Shown here piece by piece: positions 40,063 through 50,754 of a DNA stretch of 64,000 bases. The stretch spans positions 24,658 to 88,657 of the forward strand of contig CANDRW010000001.1 of NCBI GenBank assembly GCA_947388675.1. Reading direction: 5' to 3'. The first letter of the stretch is position 1. Every line of letters begins with the position of its first letter. Below the pieces are notes generated by a model. It was not told the DNA's origin, did not search any database, and saw only the letters and a program-made list of their open reading frames with translations. The position numbers were made by a program, and so were the translations under genes. The DNA is from an uncultured Clostridium sp. (GTDB lineage Bacteria; Bacillota; Clostridia; TANB77; CAG-508).

Positions 40063-40398
40063 TTTAATTCCCTCCCTTAACTGTCTGTTTCTTTATATCT
40101 ATTTTTAATTTTGTTAATTTGTATTGTTACATAAAATTACGTACTATAAGATTATACTCGTTTTTGATTTGTTTGTCAACCGATTTCTACTTAATTTTCA
40201 AGATATTTTGTTACTACTCTTCAAAAGTAATTCCATCTATGCAATTATCAAAAATAAATTGTTTTATTTTGTTCTAATGTTAAACAATATTTATTTTCCA
40301 TATTCTTTCCTACCTATTATTTTATTAGTAATATTCTACTATACTTAATGTAAAATAGCAAGGTTTCACTTCATGAATTTGTCTTCAACCATATGCAT

Positions 40399-40427
40399 TT
40401 GCTATTTTATGTCAATTATGGTATAAT
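40399..40427 (+). promoter_or_regulatory. sigma-A promoter for the GC-rich orphan gene
   Basis: TTGCTA, 17 bp, TGgTATAAT (extended -10). A structured ~115-nt leader follows, with hairpins at 40433-40470 and 40482-40498. Confidence 0.6.
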
Positions 40428-40549
40428 ATATTTAGATGTGAGCTTAAATTGATGGAGATTAGTTTCTCGGTCACATATTCAGTGCATTACTGAATAGTAT
40501 TCTTCATTATTTTTGCACATTCTAAATTTTAGAAAAGGTGGTTACTAAC

Positions 40550-40873
40550 ATGTTACAGCCGGCATACTTGGCACGCAATGCCAGCGAGAGAGCGCTCCTT
40601 TCGCTCGACCAAAAGCTTACTCAGTACCAAGAAGAGAACCCATATTCAGTTTCTTTCGTCCTTGAACTTTCCGACACGATTACCAAGGAGGATATGAAAT
40701 GCATCGCATTGCACTTTGCCGATGTAGGATATGATGTCACCAGCGTTGTCTCAGGTAACAACCTAATTATTGACTGGAGGTATGCACAGGAGGGGTTTAC
40801 TGGCAAAGTTGATATTCACACTGATGTTCTCAATTTTGTTCGGTCTGCTCTATCTCACGAAAATGAAGAATAG
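40550..40873 (+). CDS. hypothetical protein, GC-rich orphan (likely horizontally acquired)
   Basis: 107 aa from ATG at 40550 with AAAGGTGG RBS. About 48% GC. No recognisable domain. Contains an in-frame CGG (FVRSAL). Confidence 0.55.
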   Translation: MLQPAYLARNASERALLSLDQKLTQYQEENPYSVSFVLELSDTITKEDMKCIALHFADVGYDVTSVVSGNNLIIDWRYAQEGFTGKVDIHTDVLNFVRSALSHENEE

Positions 40874-40888
40874 CATCTAAGCCAATAG

Positions 40889-40927
40889 CAGGGCACATCC
40901 TTTCGGATGTGCCCTGGTTGGTTTTTA
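40889..40927 (+). terminator. rho-independent terminator of the orphan gene
   Basis: CAGGGCACATCC-TTTCGG-GGATGTGCCCTG stem-loop followed by GTTGGTTTTTATT. Confidence 0.75.
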
Positions 40928-40937
40928 TTATTTCTTT

Positions 40938-43562
40938 CTATCTAGGTTGTTTAATTGCTGCTTGAGCTGCTGCTAATCTTGCAATTGGAACTCTGAATGG
41001 TGAGCAAGATACGTAAGTTAAACCAACATTATGGCAGAACTCAACTGTTGGTGGGTTTCCACCATGCTCTCCACAAATTCCTAAATGAATATCAGGTCTT
41101 GTAGCTTTTCCCATGTCTACAGCCATTTTTACTAATTTTCCAACACCAGTTTGGTCTAATTTAGCAAATGGATCTGATTCATAGATTTTCTTTTCATAGT
41201 AAGAACCTAAGAATTTTCCTGCATCATCACGGCTAAATCCAAATGTCATTTGTGTTAAGTCGTTTGTACCAAATGAGAAGAATTCAGCTTCTTTTGCAAT
41301 TTCATCAGCTGTTAATGCTGCTCTAGGAATTTCAATCATTGTTCCTACTTCATATTTTAAAGATACTCCAGCATTTGCAATTTCTTCATCTGCTGCTTTT
41401 ACAATAATATCTTTTACATATTTTAATTCTTTTACTTCTCCTACTAATGGAATCATAATTTCAGGAACAACATTCATTCCTTCTTTATTTACATTAATAG
41501 CTGCTCTAATAATTGCTCTTGTTTGCATTGCGCCAATTTCTGGGTAAGTAACATCTAGACGACATCCTCTATGTCCCATCATTGGATTGAATTCATGTAG
41601 ACTTACTACTACATCTTTTAGCTCTTGGAAAGTCATTCCCATTTCTTTTGCCAATGTTGTTATTTCTTCGTCTGTATGTGGTAAGAATTCATGTAGTGGT
41701 GGATCTAATAAACGAATAGTTACAGGATATCCTTTCATAGCTTTAAATAAACCTTCAAAATCTCCTTGTTGCATTGGAAGAATTTTAGCTAAGGCTTTTT
41801 CTCTTTGTTCTGCTGTTTTAGAAACAATCATTTCACGAATAGCTGCAATTCTTTCTGGAGCAAAGAACATATGCTCTGTACGACATAATCCAATACCTTG
41901 TGCACCAAAATTGTATGCAACTTCTGCATCTTTTGGAGTATCAGCATTTGTTCTAACTTCCATTTGACGGTATTGATCAGCCCATCCCATTAATTTAGCA
42001 AAATCTCCTGATACTTGAGCTTCTACTGTATCAATTCTTTCACCATATACATTTCCTGTTGAACCATCTAATGAAATATAGTCACCTTCATGATATACAT
42101 TTCCTTGTGGATCTCTAAAGTTTCCTTCTTCTTCATTTACAACTAATTCACCACATCCTGCTACACAGCATGTTCCCATACCACGTGCAACAACGGCTGC
42201 ATGTGATGTCATACCACCACGAACTGTTAAGATACCATGGCATACATTCATTCCATCGATATCTTCTGGAGATGTTTCAAGTCTTACTAAGATTAAATCT
42301 TTATCTCCCTTTTCAAATAGTTCTACTGCTCTATCAGCTGTAAATACAACTTTACCTGTTGCAGCACCTGGTGAAGCAGCTAGTCCTTTTGCAACTGGCT
42401 TAGCAGCTTTTAATTTAGCTTGATCAAAGTTTGGATGTAATAATTGGTCTAATTGATTTGGTTCTACTCTTAAAACAGCTTCTTTTTCAGTAATCATTCC
42501 TTCATTTACTAATTCTACAGCTATTCTAAGTGCAGCATTTGCAGTTCTTTTACCATTTCTTGTTTGTAAGAAGAATAGTTTTCCTCTTTCAATGGTAAAT
42601 TCCATGTCTTGCATATCTCTGTAATGATTTTCTAATAGGTTAGCATATTTTACAAAATCAGCATATGCTTGAGGATTGGTTTGCTCTAATGTGGCAATTG
42701 GTTGTGGTGTTCTAATACCTGCAACAACATCTTCACCTTGTGCATTCATTAAATATTCACCAAATAGTGCTTTTTCTCCTGTTGCTGGGTTACGTGTAAA
42801 TGCAACACCAGTTCCACAATCATCTCCCATATTTCCGAAAACCATTTCTTGAACGTTAACGGCTGTTCCCCAACTTCCTGGGATATCATTTAATCTTCTA
42901 TATGTGATAGCTCTTGGGTTATTCCATGAACGGAATACTGCCTTTACAGCTTCTTTTAATTGTTCTGTTGGATTACTTGGAAATTCACTTCCATGTTCTT
43001 TTAAGTAGATTCCTTTGAAAATTGCAACTAATTCTTTTAAATCTGCTGCTGTCAATTCTGTATCTTGTTTTACGCCTCTTTTTTCTTTCATAGCGTCAAT
43101 TTCTTTTTCAAATAGTGGTTTTGGTATTTCCATAACAACATCACTAAACATTTGAATAAATCTTCTGTAACTATCATAAGCAAATCTTTCATTTTTTTGT
43201 GCCATGCTTGCTGCAACTTCTTCATTTAAACCTAAGTTTAAGATAGTGTCCATCATACCTGGCATTGAAGCTCTTGCTCCTGAACGTACTGATACTAGTA
43301 ATGGGTTTTCTTTATCTCCGAATTTTTTGCCTGTGATCTCTTCTAACTTTGAAAGAGCAGCAAAAATTTCATCTTCGATTTCTTTTGCGATTTTTTCTCC
43401 ATCTTCATAATATCTTGTGCAAGCCTCTGTTGTTACTGTGAAACCTTGTGGAATTGGTAAACCTAAGTTAGTCATTTCTGCAAGATTTGCTCCCTTTCCA
43501 CCTAAAAGTTCACGCATATTTGCGTTTCCTTCTTTGAATAAGTAAACATACTTTTGACTCAT
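40938..43562 (-). CDS. ppdK: pyruvate, phosphate dikinase
   Basis: 874 aa. ATP-grasp N-terminus, phospho-His domain GGMTSHAAVVARG, PEP-utilising C-terminus with the CRTEHMF motif. Confidence 0.95.
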   Translation of the reverse strand: MSQKYVYLFKEGNANMRELLGGKGANLAEMTNLGLPIPQGFTVTTEACTRYYEDGEKIAKEIEDEIFAALSKLEEITGKKFGDKENPLLVSVRSGARASMPGMMDTILNLGLNEEVAASMAQKNERFAYDSYRRFIQMFSDVVMEIPKPLFEKEIDAMKEKRGVKQDTELTAADLKELVAIFKGIYLKEHGSEFPSNPTEQLKEAVKAVFRSWNNPRAITYRRLNDIPGSWGTAVNVQEMVFGNMGDDCGTGVAFTRNPATGEKALFGEYLMNAQGEDVVAGIRTPQPIATLEQTNPQAYADFVKYANLLENHYRDMQDMEFTIERGKLFFLQTRNGKRTANAALRIAVELVNEGMITEKEAVLRVEPNQLDQLLHPNFDQAKLKAAKPVAKGLAASPGAATGKVVFTADRAVELFEKGDKDLILVRLETSPEDIDGMNVCHGILTVRGGMTSHAAVVARGMGTCCVAGCGELVVNEEEGNFRDPQGNVYHEGDYISLDGSTGNVYGERIDTVEAQVSGDFAKLMGWADQYRQMEVRTNADTPKDAEVAYNFGAQGIGLCRTEHMFFAPERIAAIREMIVSKTAEQREKALAKILPMQQGDFEGLFKAMKGYPVTIRLLDPPLHEFLPHTDEEITTLAKEMGMTFQELKDVVVSLHEFNPMMGHRGCRLDVTYPEIGAMQTRAIIRAAINVNKEGMNVVPEIMIPLVGEVKELKYVKDIIVKAADEEIANAGVSLKYEVGTMIEIPRAALTADEIAKEAEFFSFGTNDLTQMTFGFSRDDAGKFLGSYYEKKIYESDPFAKLDQTGVGKLVKMAVDMGKATRPDIHLGICGEHGGNPPTVEFCHNVGLTYVSCSPFRVPIARLAAAQAAIKQPR

Positions 43563-44000
43563 AAAGAACCTCCTTTAATCTTGTTATATTATTTAAAATA
43601 ATATACATTTTGTTTCCCGAGTAAATTCTACCCTAAAACTGACCTTATTATATCGATAAACCCTAAAAAAGTAAAGCATTTTTTGAAATTTTAAATCATA
43701 AGAAAGGAACACTCGGATGTTAGAGTGTCCCTTCCTTTGGAAAGCATTGTTTTGCGTGCATTTACGCAGACCACTTTTATTAAAGCTTTTGCTTTGTTCA
43801 TGGTCCTAGTTTTAAAGAAACATATGTCACAAGGTGGTCCTTGTATCTTCTCTAAGTCTTATTTCTAAGACTTCTCTTTTCGTTCGCCACTACTCAGAGG
43901 ACTGTTTAATAAAACTAGCAAAACTCATCTTTCCTATTTTTACACTCCCTATTGGGTGTGTTGTTTATATTTTATTCGTCTTTTTTCAACATGTCAAGTG

Positions 44001-46124
44001 TTATTTACTATGTTTCCCTTTTTTAGGATTATCTTTTATTTTCTTCTCTTTATGACTTACTACTTTCTTTTTGTTTGGTTCCTTTTTCCTTTTTTCTCTT
44101 GGTGTTTCCAAAATCTCATCTTCAAATAATAATCTTACTTTTTGTTCCATTTTGTTAGATCTATCGAAAATTAAAGTAACTTCTTTTTCAAAGTCAGGAA
44201 TTCCTTGTTCTTGTACTTGCCTTTGAATTTGTTCTTTTAAATCTAAGTTTAATAAGAAATCATCCTCTTCTTTATCCCATTTTTCTTCCTGCCTATATTC
44301 TTTATTATCCCTCTTCTTAGTATTTTCATATTTAGCTGTATCTTCTGCTACCATTAATTCTTGTTGTACATTTTCTACTGGTTCTACTTCATATCTTTGT
44401 GTCTCTATATCCCTTTCTATTTCCTTTGGCATTTCTTCTAATTCAGTTTCCTCTGCCACTAGTTCTGGTTCATCTTGATAAATTCTTAGTCTTACTAGTA
44501 ATGGATAAATCTTCGTTCCAAAAGGTATCATTAAGATATCTTCTTTTAAAAGTACTTTGCCTAAGAATAATGCTAACACATAAATAATGCCACCACAGAT
44601 AATAGAAAGAATAGTACTCATGGAATTTCCTACTACTGTATTTAATCCTTTATTAATGAAATAGACTACCCCTCCCATTAGTGCTCCTGCTGCTATTGGA
44701 GATGCAATCATTCTTCCAAATTCAAAATTTAATTTCAAATTCTTATGGAGTGCAATAATACAAATTAAAAATACAAATCCTTGTGCTACAATAGAACTAA
44801 TCCCTGAACCATTAATTCCAATAGATGGATTACTAATCAAAGTAATATTTAATCCTACTTTTATAAATACTGATAATACTATTGCTATCGCTGGTATATA
44901 GCTCTTATTAACACCGTATAAGCCACCGTTAATTGTTTGGTTTAGTGCTACAAATATCATTGAGATAGAACATAAAATCAATACACTTGCTCCATCTGAT
45001 GCCGTTGGATAAATTAAGTTCAAAATCGGTTGTGCTAAGCTAATAAAACCACAAGCACAAGGAATAATAATCAGTATAGATGCAAATAATGAAAAGGTCA
45101 TTCTCTTTGAAGCTGTTGTATAATCTTTTTTAGCAATAGAAGTAGATATGACTGGCACTAAGGCAGTCGAAAAAGCAATATTTACTGCAATTGGCAGAGC
45201 CGTTAAAGTATCTACTTTTGATAAGATCCCTGTCATACTCATGGCAAAAGCTTCTAGTTCTTCTTTAATTGGATACATACTTGCAAAAGCACTCTGAATA
45301 CATCTGCTAACTGTTGTACTATCAATTAATGGACTAATGATAGAAATAACAGAACTAAAAGTAATTGGAATGGACATCACTAAAATTGTTTTTAATAACT
45401 GCCCTGTTGTTTTATGGGCTTCTGGTGAGATTTGTCTCCTCTTTACTTTTATTTTCTTTCTTTTATAATAAGCTACTAAATAAATAAATGTTAGCACAAT
45501 AGCACAAGTAGTAGATAAGTTTCCTCCTGCTGCCATAATATATGGTTCTTTTCCTATTAAAGCATATACAAAAGTGATAGATAATACACAATTTAAAAAC
45601 TGTTCCAAAATTTGTGAGTAGCTTGTCGGCTTCATGTCATTTAGTCCTGCAAAGTATCCTCTGAATACTGCTGATATAGCAACAAATACAACCGCTGGCG
45701 CCAATACTTGCATAACATATTTTGTATCTGGTACATTAAATACTACTCTTGCAATTGTTTCTGCTCCAAAAAATAGAATAACTGAAAGGATAAGCCCTAC
45801 AATAGTAAAGAAGGTCATGCAAATTTTAAAAATACGCCTAGCCCCTTTGTTATCTCCTATTGCTACTCTTTCTGAAACTAATTTTGAAACAACATTTGGA
45901 ATACCTATTGAAGATAATGCTAATAGTAAAGAATATACTTGATATCCTGCTGAATAATAGCCAAGTCCTGTATCTCCAAAGCCTTCAAAATTGGTGATAA
46001 CTAGCTTATAAATAAATCCTAATATTTTTACCATAATTTGTGAAAACATCAAAACTAGGACATTCTTCATAAAGGATGCCCCTTTTTTCTTATTCATTTT
46101 GGTATCTTTTGTTCTCCTTGCCAT
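44001..46124 (-). CDS. MOP-superfamily polysaccharide/lipid II flippase (MurJ/SpoVB-like) with ~190-aa charged C-terminal tail
   Basis: 707 aa. 14 predicted TM helices in the first ~520 aa (Polysacc_synt-like), then an E/K/R-rich low-complexity tail. The true start may be the internal MKNVLVL. Confidence 0.6.
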   Translation of the reverse strand: MARRTKDTKMNKKKGASFMKNVLVLMFSQIMVKILGFIYKLVITNFEGFGDTGLGYYSAGYQVYSLLLALSSIGIPNVVSKLVSERVAIGDNKGARRIFKICMTFFTIVGLILSVILFFGAETIARVVFNVPDTKYVMQVLAPAVVFVAISAVFRGYFAGLNDMKPTSYSQILEQFLNCVLSITFVYALIGKEPYIMAAGGNLSTTCAIVLTFIYLVAYYKRKKIKVKRRQISPEAHKTTGQLLKTILVMSIPITFSSVISIISPLIDSTTVSRCIQSAFASMYPIKEELEAFAMSMTGILSKVDTLTALPIAVNIAFSTALVPVISTSIAKKDYTTASKRMTFSLFASILIIIPCACGFISLAQPILNLIYPTASDGASVLILCSISMIFVALNQTINGGLYGVNKSYIPAIAIVLSVFIKVGLNITLISNPSIGINGSGISSIVAQGFVFLICIIALHKNLKLNFEFGRMIASPIAAGALMGGVVYFINKGLNTVVGNSMSTILSIICGGIIYVLALFLGKVLLKEDILMIPFGTKIYPLLVRLRIYQDEPELVAEETELEEMPKEIERDIETQRYEVEPVENVQQELMVAEDTAKYENTKKRDNKEYRQEEKWDKEEDDFLLNLDLKEQIQRQVQEQGIPDFEKEVTLIFDRSNKMEQKVRLLFEDEILETPREKRKKEPNKKKVVSHKEKKIKDNPKKGKHSK

Positions 46125-46355
46125 TGATAGCCTCTTTTCATTTTGATGATACTATCTAAAAAAGCGGATTAACAAATTCTAAATGCTAAAAGCATTAAGA
46201 ATTTGTAACATACGCAATAACTATCTTCTATGTCAATTGCACAAATTGTTTTAACAATTTGTTGCAATTTCCTAGAATATAGAAATAGTATATAATCATT
46301 GCTAAGATTATATACTATTTCTATTTTATTTTTCAACCCTTTATTTTTAGTTCTA

Positions 46356-47744
46356 TTAAAATTTCATTTTTTCTGCTATCCAAGCTTCTAATTCATCAAT
46401 TTTCACTCTTACTTGCTCCATGGTATCTCTATCACGAACTGTTACCGTTTCATCTTCTAAAGTATCAAAATCAATCGTTACACAATATGGAGTACCAATT
46501 TCATCTTCTCTTCTATAACGTTTACCAATGCTTCCTGCTTCATCATAATCACACATAAAATTTTGAGATAATTTTTCATATACCTCTTCTGCTTTTTCAC
46601 TTAGCTTTTTAGAAAGAGGAAGTACTGCTACTTTATATGGAGCTAATGCTGGATGCAAGTGTAATACTATTCTTGTATCACCTTCAGCTATTTCTTGTTC
46701 CTCATAGCCATTGCATAGCATAACTAAGAAAATTCTATCTACTCCAACTGCAGGTTCTACACAGTATGGTACATATCTTTCACCTGTTTCTGGATCCAAG
46801 TATGTTAAGTCTTGTTTTGAGGCTTCCATATGTCTTGATAAATCATAATCTGTTCTATCTGCAATTCCCCAAAGTTCTCCCCAACCAAACGGGAATAAAA
46901 ACTCAATATCCGTTGTTCCTTTACTATAGAAAGACAATTCTTCCTTTGAATGTTCTCTCAACCTTAAATTTTCTGGCTTAATTCCCAAATTAATAAGCCA
47001 TTCTTTGCAGAAATTTTTCCAATACTCATACCACTCTAAATCTGTTCCTGGTTTGCAAAAGAATTCTAATTCCATTTGTTCAAATTCTCTAGTTCTAAAG
47101 ATAAAGTTTCCTGGTGTAATTTCATTTCTAAAAGAACGTCCCATTTGACCAATTCCCATTGGCATCTTGCTTCTAGTTGTTCTTAATACATTTTTAAAAT
47201 CTACAAACATACCTTGTGCTGTCTCTGGTCTTAAATATACTGTAGAAGTAGCATCCTCTGTCACTCCCATAAAAGTTTTGAACATCAAATTAAACTTTCT
47301 AATATCTGTGAAATCTAATTTACCACAGTTAGGACAAACTATATTATTTTCTTTAATATATTCCACTAATTGCTCATTTGTCCAGCCATCTAATCCTGAG
47401 ATATCTTTTCCATTTTTAAAGCCCCATTCTTCAATTAATTTATCAGCTCTGTGTCTCGTTTTGCAGGCTTTACAATCAATAAGTGGGTCTGAGAAACCAC
47501 CTACATGTCCTGTAGTCACCCAAACTTGTGGGTTCATCATAATTGCTGCATCTATTCCTACATTATATTTATTTTGTGCAATAAATTTCTTCCACCAAGC
47601 ATCTTTAATATTCTTTTTTAGTTCTGCGCCAAGAGGTCCATAATCCCAAGAATTTGCTAAACCTCCATAAATTTCTGAACCAGGATATACAAATCCTCTT
47701 GCTTTGCATAAGTTAACAAGTTTTTCCATTGTTAAATCTGACAT
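46356..47744 (-). CDS. glyQS: glycine--tRNA ligase (alpha2 class II type)
   Basis: 462 aa. N-terminus [31 protein letters not shown] and class II motifs. Confidence 0.95.
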   Translation of the reverse strand: MSDLTMEKLVNLCKARGFVYPGSEIYGGLANSWDYGPLGAELKKNIKDAWWKKFIAQNKYNVGIDAAIMMNPQVWVTTGHVGGFSDPLIDCKACKTRHRADKLIEEWGFKNGKDISGLDGWTNEQLVEYIKENNIVCPNCGKLDFTDIRKFNLMFKTFMGVTEDATSTVYLRPETAQGMFVDFKNVLRTTRSKMPMGIGQMGRSFRNEITPGNFIFRTREFEQMELEFFCKPGTDLEWYEYWKNFCKEWLINLGIKPENLRLREHSKEELSFYSKGTTDIEFLFPFGWGELWGIADRTDYDLSRHMEASKQDLTYLDPETGERYVPYCVEPAVGVDRIFLVMLCNGYEEQEIAEGDTRIVLHLHPALAPYKVAVLPLSKKLSEKAEEVYEKLSQNFMCDYDEAGSIGKRYRREDEIGTPYCVTIDFDTLEDETVTVRDRDTMEQVRVKIDELEAWIAEKMKF

Positions 47745-48000
47745 AAAAGTTCCTCCTTTTTATTACTATGCTAGAAACAAACAAAACTTTCATCTCTAGC
47801 TTTTCTCATAAGCTAGGGACGAAAGTTTATTTTCCGCGGTTCCACCCTATTTGATTAACAATTTTGTTAATCCTCTTTCTCTTCTTTATGCTCCAAAGTT
47901 CCCCATTTGGTTATTAAGGTTGGCTCTCACCTTGCCCAACTCTCTCTTGCTTAACTTTTCCAAACTTTTTCTTTTTCATCGCAATTTTTAATTCTATATT
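47745..48000 (-). ncRNA. glycine-specific T-box riboswitch leader of glyQS
   Basis: Minus-strand T-box sequence AGGGTGGAACCGCGG (plus 47834-47848). Candidate specifier GGC in UUGGGCAAGG. Terminator hairpin CTAGCTT...AAGCTAG plus a U-run just upstream of the glyQS RBS. Confidence 0.75.
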
Positions 48001-48030
48001 ATTGTACTCTCCATTTTATATTTTGTCAAC
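48001..48030 (-). promoter_or_regulatory. sigma-A promoter of the glyQS T-box leader
   Basis: Minus strand TTGACA (48030-48025), 18 bp spacer, TACAAT (48006-48001). Confidence 0.55.
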
Positions 48031-48039
48031 ACTTATTAA

Positions 48040-48362
48040 TTTTCCACAATTTTATTATTTTATCCCCATTTTCTAATTTCTACTTGTGGATTTTTTACTT
48101 ACTCTAATTTAGTATTTGTCATTGATTTGTAATATTCCTATCATACATACTTCACAAAATTCACATTTTTATTACAATATTTTTTCAATTTCGACAAATT
48201 TTCGTTCGTTTTATTACGATATTGTTACAAAAGCATTACATTTTGTCAATACATATTACATAATTGTTGCACTAAGTTTACAAAAATCATTTGTGAATAT
48301 CTTGTGGAAATTGTGGATAACTTTGTGAACAACCGTAAATAGGCGCTTGTTTCTGTGGATAA
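48040..48362. promoter_or_regulatory. cluster of DnaA boxes beside the glyQS promoter
   Basis: Perfect TGTGGATAA at 48312-48320 and 48354-48362. One-mismatch boxes at 48303-48311 (TGTGGAAAT), 48040-48048 (TTTTCCACA), 48060-48068 (TTATCCCCA), 48085-48093 (TGTGGATTT). Consensus TTATCCACA. Confidence 0.5.
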
Positions 48363-48417
48363 CTTTTTAAAATTATTTTTTATTATTTATGGTAACATAT
48401 TATTATTGCTATTTTAT

Positions 48418-50754
48418 TTATCTACTACTTTCTTCTAATTTTGACACTAAACTCATTGGTTTGTTTGATTCTCCTTTTGTTGCAGCCTTTTCTTGACTTC
48501 TTTCTTGTTCTAATATTTCATCTATTTTGTTTCTTACACCCATTGTTGAACAGTCTTCTAATCCTAAATAATCCTCCGCAAACTCAATCCCTTCTGTATC
48601 CTTACCCATTTTCATATAAACATAAGCTATATAGGCGCAGTGTCTTTGTGTCAATAAATCTTCATACACTACCAGTATTTTATCAATCATATGCTGTATT
48701 CTGTCTTTTTCTCTTGGTGAAGTATTTGTTATTAAATTTTGAATGCCTCTTTCTAAATCTGCCCAAGCTATTTTCAAATTGACTTCTCTTCTTTCTCTTG
48801 GTATTTCTAAATCTTTGTCTCTTTTCCACTTTTCTTGTACAGCTATGATGATTGAAGAATTTACTCTTGTATCATAAGAAATAGCACTTGCTGCTATTCC
48901 TGTTGCTACTTTTCTTCTAATTAACTCTTGTTTGTCTGCTGGAATACTTCTAATGAGTAACTCTCTTCTTTGTACTTTCCTCCTTATTCTAGTCACTGCA
49001 TTCATATTTCCAAATTCTCCAGCAATTTCTTCATCTGATGTCTCACCCTTTTCGAGCATTCTTTCTACTTCTGCCCTTGTATAGAGACCAAACTTTCTTA
49101 TTTTCAAAATAATTTTGTACTCCGACATATTAAAAGCACTACCTATTTTTTCCACTGGCATATAGTTTCGTGCCATTCTAAATAACACAGCTTTTTCTCT
49201 TCTAGCTTGTATCTCTAGGCTATCTTCTATTACTGCCTCTGCCTCATTTTCCTTTGCAAGTTGTCTCTCCATTTCCTTTTTTCTAACCTTTGCCACTACC
49301 ATATAATCTTTTAAGTCTCCCATAATGGCAATTTGCATATCTGATTTATATGGTAACCATTCTACAACTTCTTCTCTTGTAAAGATATTGTAGTCATATA
49401 AGGCTTCTCTTACTTGTTCTTCTGTTATTCCTAATTGTTTAGCTATTTCCTTTACACTTGTTAAACTTTGTGCTAGTTTTAAAAAAGTTGCTTCATCTTG
49501 TTTTGATATAATTAATCTAAATCTTCGATTAGCTCCTTCTGGTATTCTTACATGAAAGTTTGGCTTTACAATGTTTTCTTCTGCTTTCTTTTTTCCTTGC
49601 TCTTCTTGTTTTTTTCGCTCTTGTTCTGCTACCTCTTTTGCGGCTTCTGTTTCTGGCATTTCTTCTTGTCTAATTTTCTGAACAACTAAAATATCTGTTA
49701 TTCCCGTTATCTCCATAAGTTCCTCATCTGATTTTTCTGGTAATAGCTTAATAATCTGCTTTCTGCTTAAAGCCTTCATATCATGCTTTTTCTGTTTTAC
49801 AGAATCTACATTTTTTAATCCAATTAATTGTGCAATTTCTTTTCCAGTTTTTCCTTGTGCTAATGCAATTAAAAATGCTTGTCTCCTTGCTTCTTCAGTT
49901 TCCTTTTTTCTTTGATTTTCTTCCTGCCTTCTTCTCTCTTGTTCTGCTGCCTCTTTTGCAGCTTCTATTTTTGGCATTTCTTCTTGTCTAATTTCCTGAA
50001 TAACAGAAATATCTTCTATTCCTGTTATTTCCATAAGTTCCTCATCTGATTTTTCTGGCAACAACGCACTAATCTCGCGTCTTCCTAAAAGTCCCGCTTG
50101 GCTCTTCTTTACTCTTACTGTGTTTGGATACTCGTATCCTACTAAAACAGCAATTTCTTCTATAGGTAGTCCTCTTGCTAATCCAATTCTAAGAATTTGA
50201 TCTTTTGCTTCTTGTTCTTTCTTTCTTGCTTGTATTCTAGCCTGCCTTTCCGCTTTTAACATGGCATTTCTTTTATCTGATCGTTCCTTTCTATCAGCTT
50301 GTCTCCTTGCTTTTCTATCTTCTATTTCTTGTCTCATTTCTTCAACAGCTTCTAGCGTCCAACCAGCTTCTTCTTTTACTTCTTCATCCTCTTTTCCAGA
50401 CATTATTAAATCTCTAACTTGTCCTCTAGACATGATACCCTCTTTTTTCCTCATCCATCTAATTGCTGCTACTGTCATTCCTGTTTCTTGTATAATTATA
50501 TTGTTTTCTTTACCACTTCTTGCTAATTTTATAGCTCTTCTTGCCTTTATTCTATCTTCTTCATTTTCCTTCTGTGCTGCATTTTCTACCGAACTTGCTA
50601 AAACAGAAGCAATTTTTTCTTGTATTGCTTCTGGTTCTCCATTCATTGTATCATATAGTTGATTTACTAATTGCATGATTTCTTGCGTTAGTTGTTCTTC
50701 TGTTTTTCTTCCACTACCCATTTTTCGTTTATCCCAATTAACCTTCTTGGCCAA
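48418..50754 (-). CDS. large charged protein built of tandem degenerate helix-turn-helix modules, unknown function
   Basis: 778 aa, E/K/R-rich. At least 8 HTH-like units, e.g. TGKEIAQLIGLKNVDSVKQKK, VKEIAKQLGITEEQVREAL, SDEEIAGEFGNMNAVTRIRRK, ETGMTVAAIRWMRKKEG, SDEELMEITGITDILVVQKIRQ. Two ~105-aa modules are ~90% identical at DNA level (49612-49750 vs 49927-50065). Confidence 0.5.
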   Translation of the reverse strand: MAKKVNWDKRKMGSGRKTEEQLTQEIMQLVNQLYDTMNGEPEAIQEKIASVLASSVENAAQKENEEDRIKARRAIKLARSGKENNIIIQETGMTVAAIRWMRKKEGIMSRGQVRDLIMSGKEDEEVKEEAGWTLEAVEEMRQEIEDRKARRQADRKERSDKRNAMLKAERQARIQARKKEQEAKDQILRIGLARGLPIEEIAVLVGYEYPNTVRVKKSQAGLLGRREISALLPEKSDEELMEITGIEDISVIQEIRQEEMPKIEAAKEAAEQERRRQEENQRKKETEEARRQAFLIALAQGKTGKEIAQLIGLKNVDSVKQKKHDMKALSRKQIIKLLPEKSDEELMEITGITDILVVQKIRQEEMPETEAAKEVAEQERKKQEEQGKKKAEENIVKPNFHVRIPEGANRRFRLIISKQDEATFLKLAQSLTSVKEIAKQLGITEEQVREALYDYNIFTREEVVEWLPYKSDMQIAIMGDLKDYMVVAKVRKKEMERQLAKENEAEAVIEDSLEIQARREKAVLFRMARNYMPVEKIGSAFNMSEYKIILKIRKFGLYTRAEVERMLEKGETSDEEIAGEFGNMNAVTRIRRKVQRRELLIRSIPADKQELIRRKVATGIAASAISYDTRVNSSIIIAVQEKWKRDKDLEIPRERREVNLKIAWADLERGIQNLITNTSPREKDRIQHMIDKILVVYEDLLTQRHCAYIAYVYMKMGKDTEGIEFAEDYLGLEDCSTMGVRNKIDEILEQERSQEKAATKGESNKPMSLVSKLEESSR

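Noticed and set aside
48040-48362. Chromosomal origin oriC
   Set aside because: DnaA boxes are present, but there is no flanking dnaA/dnaN/rpmH and no obvious AT-rich DUE with the expected organisation. A secondary DnaA-box cluster is more likely.
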